Under the pieces are notes generated by a model. The model saw nothing but the letters and a program-made list of their open reading frames with translations. It had not been told where the DNA came from and made no database searches. 64,000 nucleotides of DNA from Octopus sinensis (taxonomy: Eukaryota): contig NC_042998.1 in NCBI RefSeq assembly GCF_006345805.1, positions 188,790,001-188,854,000 on the forward strand, written 5' to 3'. The translations under genes were made by a program, and so were the position numbers. Shown piece by piece: positions 39,212-52,515 of the stretch (positions within the stretch are counted from its first letter, which is position 1; every line of letters begins with the position of its first letter).

Positions 39212-39454
39212 CTGCCACTTGTTGGACATTTCCTATTACTCCTGGTGGATGACGCCTTTGCATCACTCAGGCAACAACCCTCCAACCCATGGGACTATTT
39301 GGGTTGTCGTTACTAGTGAGGGGTCTTTTTTTTGGGGGGGGGGGTTACGAGTTCGCAGGGAAAATCCCACCTCAAATTCTTTTACGACACGCTGATTCTA
39401 TTTTTTTTATCCCGGTCCTCACACAGCACTAGAAGAACCTGAAATAGTGTTTTA

Positions 39455-39514
<60 letters not shown>

Positions 39515-39801
39515 CATTATTATTTTGTGTGTGTATATGTGTTGCTCAAAAGCCGGTCCGAAAAATCGAGCCCACGTCTTTTCACAACACCGAGTGCTAC
39601 GAAATAATTTGAGAGCCGTCCTGGGCGAAACTTCGCTATCGCTTAGGCTGTTCAAATGTGTGTGTGTGTGTGTGTGTGCCGATGTATATGTACATTAACG
39701 GCGGAACTTTCCACCCTGCTTCTGTGTAATAATTCGTTTAGTCTCTACTTTGATATTGGATTTTTTCCCTCAATGTTTTTGTTGTTTTTAATTTTTGCGT
39801 A

Positions 39802-39838
<37 letters not shown>

Positions 39839-40169
39839 TCGTGTTTGCGCGTATCTATGGGTTTATGTGTGTACATGTGTGCGTGTGTGTGTGCGCGCGC
39901 ATAATGTATGTAGCTGCACACATGCACAAACACCCCCCCACACACACACACTCACTTACATACACACACACACACTCACACTCACTTACACACACACACA
40001 CACAAATTATTTTTGTTTATGTGTGTCTTCGTGTATATATTCGAGTATTTACATACATCATAAAACAATCTGAAAACACTTTCCAACATTAAATCTTTAC
40101 CATATTGCAGTTATATAAATCAATAGAAGGACATTGTGACAACAGCAGTAACAATCATAATAATGATAA

Positions 40170-40349
40170 TCGTTTCAGATTTTGTCCCAAGGATACCAAT
40201 TTTGGGGAGGGGATGAGTCGATTACAACGACCTCAGTGTTCATGAAAGACAAAGTCGACCTCTGCTGAATTTGAACTCAGAAGGTAAAGACGGACGAAAT
40301 ACCGCTAAGCATATTTCCCGGAGTGTTAACGATTTTACCGGCTCGCCTC
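40170..40349 (-). mobile_element. Old, degenerate SINE family A copy (tail type 2)
   Basis: ggggaggggatgagtcgattacaacgacc...aaagtcgacctctgctgaatttgaactcagaa...gacgaaataccgctaagc. Confidence 0.8.
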
Positions 40350-40351
40350 TC

Positions 40352-40397
<46 letters not shown>

Positions 40398-40640
40398 AGT
40401 GATACCAGTAGTGATCGGATACCAGTGGTGATCCCATTGAAACTTCAAGACTTCTTAAGGCAACTAGAAATCCCATGCAAGATTGATGTCTTGCAAAAAG
40501 CAGCCTTATTAAACACACCTCACATCCTAAGGAAAGTATTATCAGTCTGAGGCCTTTGTTGTGACTTGACATATGACTAAAGGATCCGATGCATTTTTAC
40601 CTACGCTGTGTTACGAAGGAATACTGATGATGATGATGAT
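40398..40640 (+). mobile_element. R4/Dong-like (RLE) non-LTR retrotransposon, extreme 3' end
   Basis: IPVVI...LEIPCKIDVLQKAALLNTPHILRKVLSV*, then a short UTR and a (TGA)n tail. Immediately follows an (AAT)n tract. Confidence 0.8.
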
Positions 40641-41165
40641 ACGATGGCAAGAAAAGCCCCCTCATGGCAAATACTGGGTAAAACTAAGCGCAAAAGTAAT
40701 AGACAAAGCAAAATCCCAAGGGCTGAGAAGCTCAGGACTCAAAGCAGAGACTGAAGGATTTTTAATTGCAGCACAAGACCAAAACCTCCCCACCAGAAAT
40801 CACCAAAAACATATAATGAAAAGAAACATAACAAGTAACTGCAGAATATGTGGAGATGAACAAGAAACAACAAATCATATTGTCCCTGGCTGCCCAGTCC
40901 TGGCTAAGAAGGAATATATTCACAGACACGAAAAAGTTGGACCTACATACACTGGAAGCTATGCCAACACTATGGAATAACAACAGGAAAAAGATGATAT
41001 AGGCACACCCCAGAAAAGGTCACAGAAAATGAGAAAGCAACAATACTATAGGATAAGAAATTAAGGCCAATAGGCCAAATATAAGTTGTCATGAAGAAAA
41101 TAAATGCTTTCTAATTGATGTGTCAATACCAACAGATGACAGCGTTTGTCTATAAGAGAGACTTA
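40641..41165 (+). mobile_element. R4/Dong-like fragment: zinc knuckle and start of the restriction-like endonuclease
   Basis: WQEKPPHGKY...LKAETEGFLIAAQDQNLPTRN...CRICGDEQETTNHIVPGC (CCHC), then with frameshifts HWKLCQHYG...ANRPN...CFLIDVSIP. Confidence 0.88.
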
Positions 41166-41486
41166 GAAATTTTAATATTTGTATTTTTGAAAACCAGTGG
41201 AAGTATTCCACTGAATTTAGGTAAATAATCCTTGGAACAGACGGTTAGTAGCGACGCCTGCTGGGTTCGGCTGCTCTGCATTGATAAAGGGCATATACCC
41301 TGGAACTAGTCTGCAGCTGCCTGACCAGCCAGGGGAAGCGGCTGACCTCCCCTGTTCGAAGGTTATAATGGACACAGGTTCGTATGTCATATAGCTAGCT
41401 AAAGGCGATGACCTCTTGGAGCTAAAGGAGACTATGGTCAGCGGTACTGGATATTAATAGTCATTGCCAAGCTAATATGGCAGTGG

Positions 41487-41900
41487 GACTGATATCCGCT
41501 AACTTGCTTTCGTCCATATATAGTATGCTGTCGGGTTCTCCATATTTGATAAGTGTGTGCGATGTGTTTCTCCTCAGGCAGCCTACTTAATGCATTGTAA
41601 TAGGCGTACATTACTCCTGTATACTCTTCTCAGGTCCATTTCCTCTTACATTTTTCTCTCTGTGATGGGTGTGGTGGTGGACTTGGAGGGCTCGAGTTGG
41701 GGGAAGTTCCCGTTCAAGTGACCATCCAGGTTCGTATTCAGAGAAGAGTTTGTAGCAGTGGATAACTTTTCGACCCCGGGCTGGCTCTCTCCTAGGGGAC
41801 GCGCTTCCATATTAATCATAGGACATGCGCTTTGTTCCGTTAGACATATTTGTGCTACATTAAAATTATTAGTGTTCAGCCCCGTATTGTGGCAGATGTA
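41487..41900 (-). mobile_element. R4/Dong-like ORF N-terminal fragment, opposite strand
   Basis: Manual translation gives KRKWT*EEYTGVMYAYYNAL...TYQIWR, then (frameshift) PDSILYMDESKLADI, resembling the N-terminal domain of R4/Dong ORFs as I recall it. Upstream boundary approximate. Confidence 0.6.
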
Positions 41901-42139
41901 GACACGAGTGAACAGTTCAACCGAATGATGTCTAGAACTTCGCATGAGCTACAAATGTAAACAAGATTTCTGTTTTTCATTAGGGCGTCTTCCAGCTCTC
42001 ATGAGTTAGAAGGATAAGTGAAGTGAAATTGCTAATAAAGAATTGAAGTAGAAACACAAGCACAGCACACCGGAGGTTGTCGTCAACTTTTTTCTTACCT
42101 TTACAAAAGTAACAATTTATTATACGGCGGTTTCGGAGG

Positions 42140-42481
42140 CGGCGGGGGAAAGGAGGGGAGGGGAGGCGGAGGCTGATGGGGGAGGGGAGGAGGAGAGGAA
42201 GAAGAAGAAGAAGAAGAAGAAGAAGAAGAAGAAGAAGAAGAAGAGGGGAGGAGGAGGAGGAGGATAAAGCAGCAATGTTATAGGACAAAAAATGAGGACA
42301 GCAATAATGATGATGACGAATATGTGCAGGTGGTGGTGGTGGTGGTGGTGGTGGCGTTGGCGGTAGTTGTGGCGGTGGTGGCTGTGGCGGTGCTAGTACT
42401 GGTGTTGGTGATGGTGGCGTTGCTGGTGCTGATGGTGGTGGTTGTAGTGGTAGTGGTGGTGGTGGTGCTGATGGTGGTGGT
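42140..42481. repeat. Purine-rich (GAA)n/(GGA)n and (GGT)n tracts
   Basis: Read directly from the sequence. Confidence 0.9.
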
Positions 42482-43744
42482 AAAAGGAAAAAAATGTAGT
42501 GCAGCCGGCGGAGGGAGTGGGTGGAGGATGTGGGGGAAAATAGAAAGTTCCATTGCTCATGCATTTCCAAAGAATATCATATCTGTAAGGAGTAGTATAT
42601 ACGTGAGCTGAAAGTATTCGCACGGAATCCAAAATGTTTGGCAAATACCTAGAAATAACGCAACGGTATCTTGTGGGGAAACAAACAAAACTAGGCAATT
42701 TTTTTTTTTAATGTTAAAGGAGAGCAATCGATTAATTGGTTTATATTGTACTGTAGGTACTTATTTTAATGTATCCTTATGGGCTGAACACAAAATCAAT
42801 GTCTGCTTAGTGTAAACATAGACTAATAGGCTCATACCTAGATGCCTCTTGGACAGCTCTTTACTATCACATCATCACAATGATTGCCCGGCCTAAAATT
42901 AATGATAATACAGTTAAATTCCTATTCGCTACAGACCCAAATATCCATTTTATACATTCGGTAAGACATACTGGCGCAGGAGTGAGTGTATATGTTGGTC
43001 GTGTGTGTGTGTCTACATGTGGAAGTATGTAAAGCTAGTTATGTGTTTGAAGCAAAGACTACGAAACAAATAAAAGGCAAATAATGATAACCTAAGTTTT
43101 TGGAAGATAAATACTTCCGAGTAATAGAATTAGACTGGCTTGGATACACAAATACACACACATAAACATACACACAAGCACACACACACGTACACATACA
43201 CACATACATACATGCACACGAATGCATACACATACATACATACATGCATACATACATACATACATACATACATACATACATACATACATACATGCATACA
43301 TACATACACGAGCACGCGTTCATATATGTAAGATACAGAGAGTTTGGGGCAACAGACAGGATATAGACTCACTGGAGTGGCGTAGAGATGCGAATTGTCG
43401 CTGTGATAATGAGATGCATTAGGGAAACAATGAATCAAAAATGGCTGAGACCGGATATGTTAATGTTTGGCCATGATAGTACAGGGAATAATGCTGTTCC
43501 CTTTATTCTAGCCAAATGGCTTTTTCTGTATTAAGTCATCAAACTGAAACGCAAGTTAAACAAACGTGCTGAAGTATTATTATTATCCACTGTAGAGTGC
43601 TCTACAACAACGAACATATTTTCTTCTATGCATGCCTACATATATGGATACATATAGTCACTCAGCTGATCCCTTCACACGAACATTCATTCGTACGTTC
43701 ATATGTCATAATTCATTTATACATACATACGTATATACATGCAT

Positions 43745-44130
43745 GGAGTGGCTGTGTGGTAAGTAGCTTGCTAACCAACCACATGGTTTTGGGTTCAATC
43801 CCACTGCGTGGCATCTTGGGCAAGTGTCTTCTGCTATAGCCCCGGGCCGACCAATGCCTTGTGAGTGGATTTGGTAGACGGAAACTGAAAGAAGCCTGTC
43901 GTATATATGTATATATATATATATATGCATGTGTGTGTGTTTGTGTGTCTGTGTTTGTTCCCCTAGCATTGCTTGACAACCGATGCTGGTGTGTTTACGT
44001 CCCCGTCACTTAGCTGTATAAGTACTGGGCTTACAAAAATAATAAGTCCCGGGTCGAGTTGCTCGACTAAAGGCGGTGCTCCAGCATGGCCGCTGTCAAA
44101 TGACTGAAACAAGTAAAAGAGTAAAAGAGT
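43745..44130 (+). mobile_element. SINE family B, near full length
   Basis: Head, internal (TA)(TG) tract and tail present; small internal deletion near 44015. Confidence 0.92.
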
Positions 44131-47100
44131 ATATGTTGATAACGAAATGATTACTAGTAACCTAGCTATGCAGCTATAGAGTTATGCAGAACTCAATCCA
44201 GACTCATTCAATGAGAATCACAGTAGTTACTAAAACATTGAATCCACGACAAGCACATATTTGAGTTTATAAGGTGTGCATATAATTGCGTACAAGAAGT
44301 TACATGCAATATGCTACTTAGAGCTACATTGACGGGAAATGCTATTTCCTACTGATCTTTCCGAGATAGCTGAAAAGATGATTGAAAACCTCTTCTGAGA
44401 TACGCCGTACGTCGCTCTGTCACCTCCATACAAACAAATCCACACCCTCAACTCACAACCAGTACGTGAATCTCGAGCAATTGTGATGCAATGTTACAGT
44501 TACCAATCACTAATTGCACCACCCGGCGAAAATCTACCAACATCACTTACACATATACACAAACAAAAACACAGACACACATTCACACACAGTTATACAC
44601 TATACACTCACTTACACATATATGTTTGTACATTTATGCGTGTATTTAAGATTTTTGAGAATTTGCATGCGCGACTCTCAGAGACCAAGTTCGCCTTGAG
44701 TATATTTCTGAATAACATCTGCTAACTTAATAGAAATATCAAAATGTTTAAGTCTCTCTAAAGGAGACTACGGTTAGCGGTACTGGATATTATTAGTTAT
44801 CGCCAAGCTAATATGGCAGTCCAGAAATATAGGACGAATGCACTACCCGTACGTAGATATAGATGTAGATATGAATGATATATTTTTTTATAAGATTGTT
44901 CGTGGGAAATAACAAAGGCACCTTATATGATAAGGCAGGAGTAAATACTTGTGGATAGGTAACTGATACGTACGATATGTAGAATTTGACTGGAAGGATC
45001 CCAGTTAACTAAGATCGATATGTTTATTGAATCTTTGTAGAATGATGTCTTCACTAAACCTAAAGAACAAAATAATGACGTGTTTGTGAACTAACGGTTG
45101 TGTGCTGGCATCCTGATGATCTTCGCTTTTTTATCTGGATTTCAATATTTCACGTAAGAAGTGCACTGTTACGAGCGCACATGTGGTTTCTAGAGGGTAG
45201 CAACTTATCAGAATGAAATGTTGTCTAACCATCAAAAAGTTTAATATCTATGTTATAGTTTTTGCAGGCTTTACAAATTTTAGATGTGTTCACCATCAAA
45301 AATTCATAGAGATTCTGAAACCGTGTATACCGTACACAAATATTTTAGGTTTTCGTTATTTCATCATTTTTTAATCGGTTAGTCAAAAAAAGAAATGCAT
45401 CGCCCATACCCTTTGTAAATGTATTAAAGGATGGTAAGAGGGAGATAATTTGTTCTTAGACTGGAGAACCAACCAGATTACTTGCAAAAGCGGATTTCGT
45501 AAAATTGCAACATGGCCAGGTTTATAACACCCAAGAAGAGAAACGGTCCCAACCACGGACTCGACAGTTTTTTGGTACACCAACTTTTACTCAAAGTTTT
45601 TGGTCGACCCAAGGCTATGGTATAAAATGCCCCACAGTACGATCAAAACTGAAACAATGTAGCATCTTTTAAACTACACATCTAAGCTTGTGTCTAAATG
45701 GAAAGGTCCATACGTTGTTTTCTTGACATGTATAGTAATTATGTATTAGGGATTGTGAACGAAATTGAGTCGTCATATCTTATTTGATAACGATTATGAA
45801 ATTTCTATTAATGAACTGAAGCATTACGTATCAAGTCTGAGTATGGATAGTAGCTGCCTGTTGAAAGTAAAGAAGGTATGAATTGGGGAAATGATCTTCA
45901 TAAAATCGCAAGGGATTTAACTAAAAAAGCGAGTAACTGATCAACACAGAGAAGTAAATGTTCGTAAGATCATTGGAAAATGCTCAGAGACAAAATATAT
46001 TCCTTATTTTACAGTATGCATTCAATAAATCTATTTCACACTGAAGGCATCTGTTATGTAAAATGCACCTATAAAATTATTTAATTCATATTTTCTCTCT
46101 TCTATTGTCTAACCGATATAACCACCCATTAAGAATGACTAGCAGTATTTATCAGATTATCAGATATAATAGAGCACCGTCCTAAGTTAGTACAAGACTT
46201 TGGGATGATGAGCAGATTTTTAGTTCATATATATATATATATATATATATATGCGTGTGTGTGTGTGTCCGTGACTTCGTCAACTTGTGAAGACTGGAGA
46301 AATTTCGAAATCACAGTCCACTGGCATTTATTTTGAATAAACTATTTAGATTCTTCGCCTTTATTGAGTCTTTTGCTAGTTTTATGTTAGCCAATATTTT
46401 AAGTCTACTTATAAACATACAATCCAAATGCATGTGTGTGTATGTATGCGCTCGGAATGTGAGTTCATATAATGGCTTCCAAATATATTACAATATACAA
46501 GCATGTCTTTTGTGAGCTTATTTGCGTTAAGATTACAAAATATAATGTAGTGACAAATGGAAGCTATGTGTAAGACCCCAGAACATTTACAATACGATAC
46601 TTAATGTGTAACATCGATATAATCACATTGACATAAGATAAATACCACTTTACCTTCTGCAATCGAATTGTATTCTATTGAAATATCGGCTTTATTCGTA
46701 TTTCGACAGTGTATTGCAGGCCAGGTGTTAAATCCCAACCTTTAAAGTACTTATATAAATTATGGACCATTTCTTTACAGAAACGATTGACAAAATAAAT
46801 AAACGATTGAGCAAATATATGATTAATATAAAAGATAAGGAAGAAAACGAGAGAAATTAAATATAAACAAACGATTGTAGTAATCTCAAGAATTGCTGTT
46901 ATAACACATATTATTCTACTTAAATCTTTATCTTCTTATAAGAGCTGCCGTAACAATACAAACATCTAATGAGGAGCAATAAATTTCAAATTAATGCATT
47001 CAGTTAAGTTAGGCAATGTGATTAAAGGCAGAAATTGTTTCTTGTTTTCTCTTTTCCTGTCAACAAAATAGAACTGAACCCCCCCCCCCAAAAAAAAAAT

Positions 47101-47634
47101 CATAGATTTGGAATGTTTAAAAAATTATTGTAGAAAAGTAAGTTTTCTTAACACTGTTTTTAGGATTATTTTGTTGACAGTGATCATTCTACAAATAGAA
47201 TGGCGTCGCCCATGCTCCAATAATTCTTCTAGTTTAAATAAAATAATCTTTACTTTGTTGGTTAATATTTACTGAGTGGGTGTTGAAAAAATGGTCGATT
47301 CATGTGCGGTGAAAAATTAATTAATTAATCAACTAATTAATTAATTAAATTAAACGTGTCTGAAAATGTGGAAATCTTCAGACAAAGCCAAAATATATCT
47401 CTTAATTAACTGTGCACATTCAGTGAATCTATGTCACACTGAAGGTAACTGAACCTAATGTTATGTAAAATGAGGCGCTGTTAAATTCTTCGTCTTATAT
47501 TTCTCCGGCTTCCATTTTCTTACTGGTATGATCATCTATCAACAATGGGTAGCAATATTACTTCCCAGGGAGAAGTCAATTAGCAGGTAAAATAGAACAT
47601 TGTACCAATTTCCAAAGACTATTTAGTTATGCCT

Positions 47635-47780
47635 CTTTACATTCTGAGTTCAGATCCCTCTGGATTCGACTTTACCTTTCATTCTTTCAGGGTCAATAAA
47701 GATAAAATAGCAATCAAGTAGGTGGGTCGATTTGATCGCCTGTTCCATCCTTCAAAAAGTGAAGCTTGCAACAAAGTTAT
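47635..47780 (+). mobile_element. Old, degenerate SINE family A copy
   Basis: ttacattctgagttcagatcc...cgactttacctttcattctttcagggtcaataaa. Confidence 0.75.
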
Positions 47781-48992
47781 AAATATTTATTACCTATGTA
47801 AGAGGGGTTAAGTAACAAAAGTGAAAGGGTACCGAACCTGCTTGCAAATTCAATAAAGAACTCACAAAATAGTGAAATTCTCCATCTTATTAGAATTTGT
47901 GTCCGTGTAACTAACCTTCTCCGTTGTGAAGTTGAATAAGAATAAAATATTTAAAATCCTCCAATTTTATAGAACATGGTAACTTATCCGCCCTTATTTT
48001 TTAATCGTCACAATTACCACCCCTATGAGAAACATTGTGCTAATAAATAATAACGTTCCTGTAGGGTTATAAAACATTTGCCTTCTGAGTTCAAATCCTT
48101 CCACACACTACGTTACCACCTGCGCATGTATGTACAGACAGTTGCCCCTGCATGGAAGCTGTCCATTTTCACACCACCGATGTTTATCCAATGCTACCGT
48201 CTTACGCTGATACAACCTGGCACCAGTGGCACTGCAGGCTTTGCAGTCAGAACGTAAAGAACCGGAACACATACCGCAAGATATCTTACCCGACCTTGTA
48301 ACTGTTCTATTAATCCACTACCCTGAATTGGTACTTTTTTTATCGATCTCGAAAGAATGAAAGGCAAAGTTGATCGCGATCCAGTGTTAATAAAACATAT
48401 TCTAGTTATAAATTGACCTCGATTCAGTCGATTGTAATTTTCGCCTTATGCCAAAACGAAAAGACAAACAAAATATAATGTAGTTAATTATTGATTGTAT
48501 AACACCCGGAAAGAAGCACGTCAACTTGATAGTTGCTTAATACAACCAGAAATTCAAAATAGAGTCGAATAATATAAATTATTATTCACCTGATATATTT
48601 TTTTTAACATAAAATTCCTAGGCTTTAACATTGTTTGCTTGTTTGGAGTCTTTTCTTGTTAAAAATTGATAAAAAATTTTAAATTTATAAAATTCAAGCA
48701 TATTACAAACTTTTAAACATATGTGTAAATAATAATTTACTGTTTTCGCTTGTGAATTATAGAAATGTCTCAGACTTAATCAATCTATATCTAATATTGT
48801 TGAGTATTTTATTTCTAATAACCTAAGTTATCAACTATATCCTTTGAGTTTTTAATTCCAAGATTTAAACTCAACATTTGAAGGAAATTTTTACGTCTAC
48901 CATCCCTGATATTTGGGGTTCTACAAACATTACACTGACATAGAAAAACAAAATAACTTCTCCAGCCGAAAATAGCTTTATCGACGAATATA

Positions 48993-49180
48993 CAGTAATA
49001 CCCCGCCATTTAAGCTTACGTCGATTCATCCGTGATGTTGTTTTGCAGTTATGACAAAATATATATAAATTATAAAGATATTTTTTTAAAATACAGTACA
49101 GTACTGTTTGAACTTCGCGGATTTTCAACTATTGCGTGGACTTTTGGAACGTAACACCCGCGATAGTCGAGGGATTACTG
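48993..49180 (-). mobile_element. pogo/Tigger-type MITE, short copy
   Basis: Ends cagtaataccccg and cgagggattactg, flanked by TA on both sides. The right end is the reverse complement of the left end of 61923-62652. Confidence 0.75.
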
Positions 49181-50507
49181 TATATGTGACTGATATATAT
49201 TAAATATTACACTTGCAACCTTGAAATGAGATGAAGCTTTATGATTAAAGGGGATGTGGTATAAGTGATATCAGTTTAGTGATAAACCCTTCCATGAACT
49301 ATAGGGTCAATACAGTTGAATACAGAAAGCGTCGAACAGCAACCCTTCACATTTTTTAATCAAATATGGTCGAAATCAGTTTTGCATTATACGCTGAAAT
49401 AATGTAGAAGTCAATTCTTGACTACTACGTTAGATAAGTTAAAAATAGATAAGACATTGGTGGATACTCAGTGTGATTCAGCCTGCTTCAACCTGAGGGA
49501 GGATAACCAACTTTCCTTCTTTAATATATTTTTTGCTACGTTAAATTGTAATGTAGTATATATAAATTCAGGGCAAACTGTTTTGTGAGAAGCATTTCTG
49601 ATCATTCGGAGAATATCTAATCAGTTGGTACGATATCACGTTAGTGTACAGCACCACCTTCATACAACCGTCACTTCCATCCAAGACTTACAATAATAAA
49701 AACACTACCTATCTTTTCTATTTATTTGATTCGTTGATTGCTAACTTGTTATCCTAGAAACTGCAGAAATTACTTAAACAAAACATATTGTTGATTTTTT
49801 TTCCATTTAATTTTTACCAACTTATTTGGTTATTATGTGAATGGGACAACTCCAACTCTATCTAGTATGTTACATACTACGGCTTTCACAAAAAATTACA
49901 ACAGTTGTAAATAAATAATATGCAGAATAAATATGCTTATACACATTGGAATGTAGCAAAACAATTTCTTCCAAATATTAGAAGGGTAGTTACAGAAGAA
50001 ATATTCAAGTACTGAAGTTAATTAACACTTTAAGTATTGAATTTAATTAATGCCTTTTTTGTTTATTAACTTTTTGACTAATATTCGATTAAATGTTTTA
50101 ATTATGTAAGAAAATATTGTATATTATATATATAAGAGACAATATAGAATAAAGACTAAATAGTTCATAGGAATGTTACTTTCTAGTATATATATCTAGT
50201 CTTTACAAAAATAGTATTTAGTTAATTAGGGCCCTGAACCAAGAATCTTTGCCGATATGCTTCAATTTTATCTTGAAATGAACTTACCTCACTTAGTATC
50301 TTTGATTATTTGTAATAAAACTGAAATGCAATAATTTCGTCTGAACCGAAACTGAATATCGAACTCGATTCCTCGAGAACTTTCGGCCGTTTTATGTTCG
50401 CACCACATGCATCAAGTGAAATCATGATTAATTACATTGGGCATTCAGTTTACAGGAGCGGGCATCGAATTTCGTGATATCCATAACTTCTTCGGTAGTT
50501 GCCACAA

Positions 50508-50534
50508 ACATACATACGTACATACATACATACA

Positions 50535-50568
<34 letters not shown>

Positions 50569-50852
50569 CATACATACATACATATATACATACATACATA
50601 TATACATACATACATACATATATACATACATACATACATACATATACATACATACATACATACATATATACATACATACATACATACATATATACATACA
50701 TACATACATACATACATACATGCATGCATACATACATATATACATACATACATACATATATACATACATGCATACATACATACATACATACATGCATGCA
50801 TACATACATACATACATACATACATACATACATACATACATACATACATACA
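50508..50852. repeat. (CATA)n array
   Basis: Read directly from the sequence. Confidence 0.95.
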
Positions 50853-51756
50853 CATACGCCTTCACGCACATGCATACATAAACACACATATATATATACA
50901 CGTTCACACAAATGGTTTATTACAAATAATCAACGCTACTTGTAGTACTAAAATGAGATTATGTAACGATCAGAATACAAGTCAATCACAGCAGTTTTAA
51001 AAAGTTCACCAGAAGTTTATTACAGTAATCAATGCATTTCCATCAGAAACCATTTACCGATATTTTATTGAGACTTGGCCAAGAGTACTGATCTCGAAAC
51101 GCTGATCCTGCGGTCAGTAGATCTGCTCTGTAACAACTCAACTTTCAGCGATTCTTTACATGCTAACACTAATGGAGAAATCGATAGTCCTTAATAAATA
51201 TTCAAGCTAATAGTATCTAGCAGGAAAATAGCCTAAATCCTAACACTAATGCAAATGTTAATAGTCCAGGCCAATGTCTAGCAAGCCACCTAGTATTTTG
51301 AAATTCCACTGTGTTATTGATTCATCGATTAAATAAATAGTAAGAAGGTCATAGTTATTAGCCTTCATTTCGTCCGTTAACAGAATGGAGCAAACCATTA
51401 TCAATAATGGATGTACTGTTCGTTTTATAAATAGAATGATAAGTATTCTAAAGAAAATTATAAACATAAACAACAAACAAATAGAACAAATAGAAAGGAA
51501 ACAGAAATGCAGTCAAATTTATATGGTTGTGCTGATGAAAAATTAATTGAATATTTTAAAATGCTGACTTGTTTTTGACTAGGTAAAATGCCTTCAGATT
51601 TTAACGAGAGAATAAGAGGGAAAAGTGATGTCCATAACTGTCCCATGTAGTATTGACAATATGAATTAAGAAGAATAAAAACGAATTGCTAATCGAAAAC
51701 CTACTCTGCACAGCTCGTTTGCAATGAATAATACAGAGAAGTAATAAAGAAGACGA

Positions 51757-51759
51757 GGA

Positions 51760-51791
<32 letters not shown>

Positions 51792-51948
51792 AGGAAGGAA
51801 GGGAGGAAGGAAGGGAGGAAGGAAGGAAGAAAGAAAGGAACGAACGAACGAACGAACGAAGAAAGGAAGAAAGAAAGGAAGAAAGGAAGAAAGAAAGAAA
51901 GGAAGAAAGAAAGGAAGAATGAAAGAAAAAAGAAAGAAAGAAAGAGAA
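51757..51948. repeat. (GAAA)n/(GGAA)n/(CGAA)n polypurine tract
   Basis: Read directly from the sequence. Confidence 0.95.
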
Positions 51949-52515
51949 GCTAAGATTTTGCTATTGATGAAGAAAATTCCACCACACTGAAAAAATTAAC
52001 TTTTTTTTAATCAGCAGTAATTAGTTGTTGTCGTTGCTATTGATGTTGCTGTTGCTGCTGCTGTTGTTGTTGTTGTTGTTGTTGTTGTCCTTATGCTTGT
52101 TTTAATGGTTCAGAGGTAGAAAGACAGCTGCCATGACCCTTTCCAGCTACATTCATCATATTATCTTCCAGGCTTCTGCATTATCTAATATAAAACCACT
52201 TTTAAAGACAACAGGTTATGATTTGAAAATATTTAGCTGCTATTTCAAACCAGGCAGCAAATCAGAGGTTCCGTCATTAGTTAGTCGCCAGTAGTGAAAA
52301 TAAATGCTCACAAGCAGTAGTTATTTGCTGTAAAATTTCAGGCGTTTGACGTTTTTGACGTAGTGAAAAACGTAAGATTTTGGCCAGGGTAAATCTATTT
52401 TTACAACAGAAGCCATCAATATGTTTGAGAAAGGAATAATCATCTATTTTCTTTCCCCTTAAGAAACTATAATGTCGATAAAAAAGAGTACAATATGATA
52501 GTGCTACGAACCATA

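Noticed and set aside
38793-39395. Gly/Ser-rich, Pro/Leu-rich and His-rich ORFs
   Set aside because: Overlapping ORFs in many frames arise from the (GGT)/(AGT) tract. Not callable as CDS; only the speculative exon model is kept as a finding.
41980-42698. 196-aa proline-rich ORF and overlapping ORFs
   Set aside because: Trinucleotide repeat read-through with no domain.
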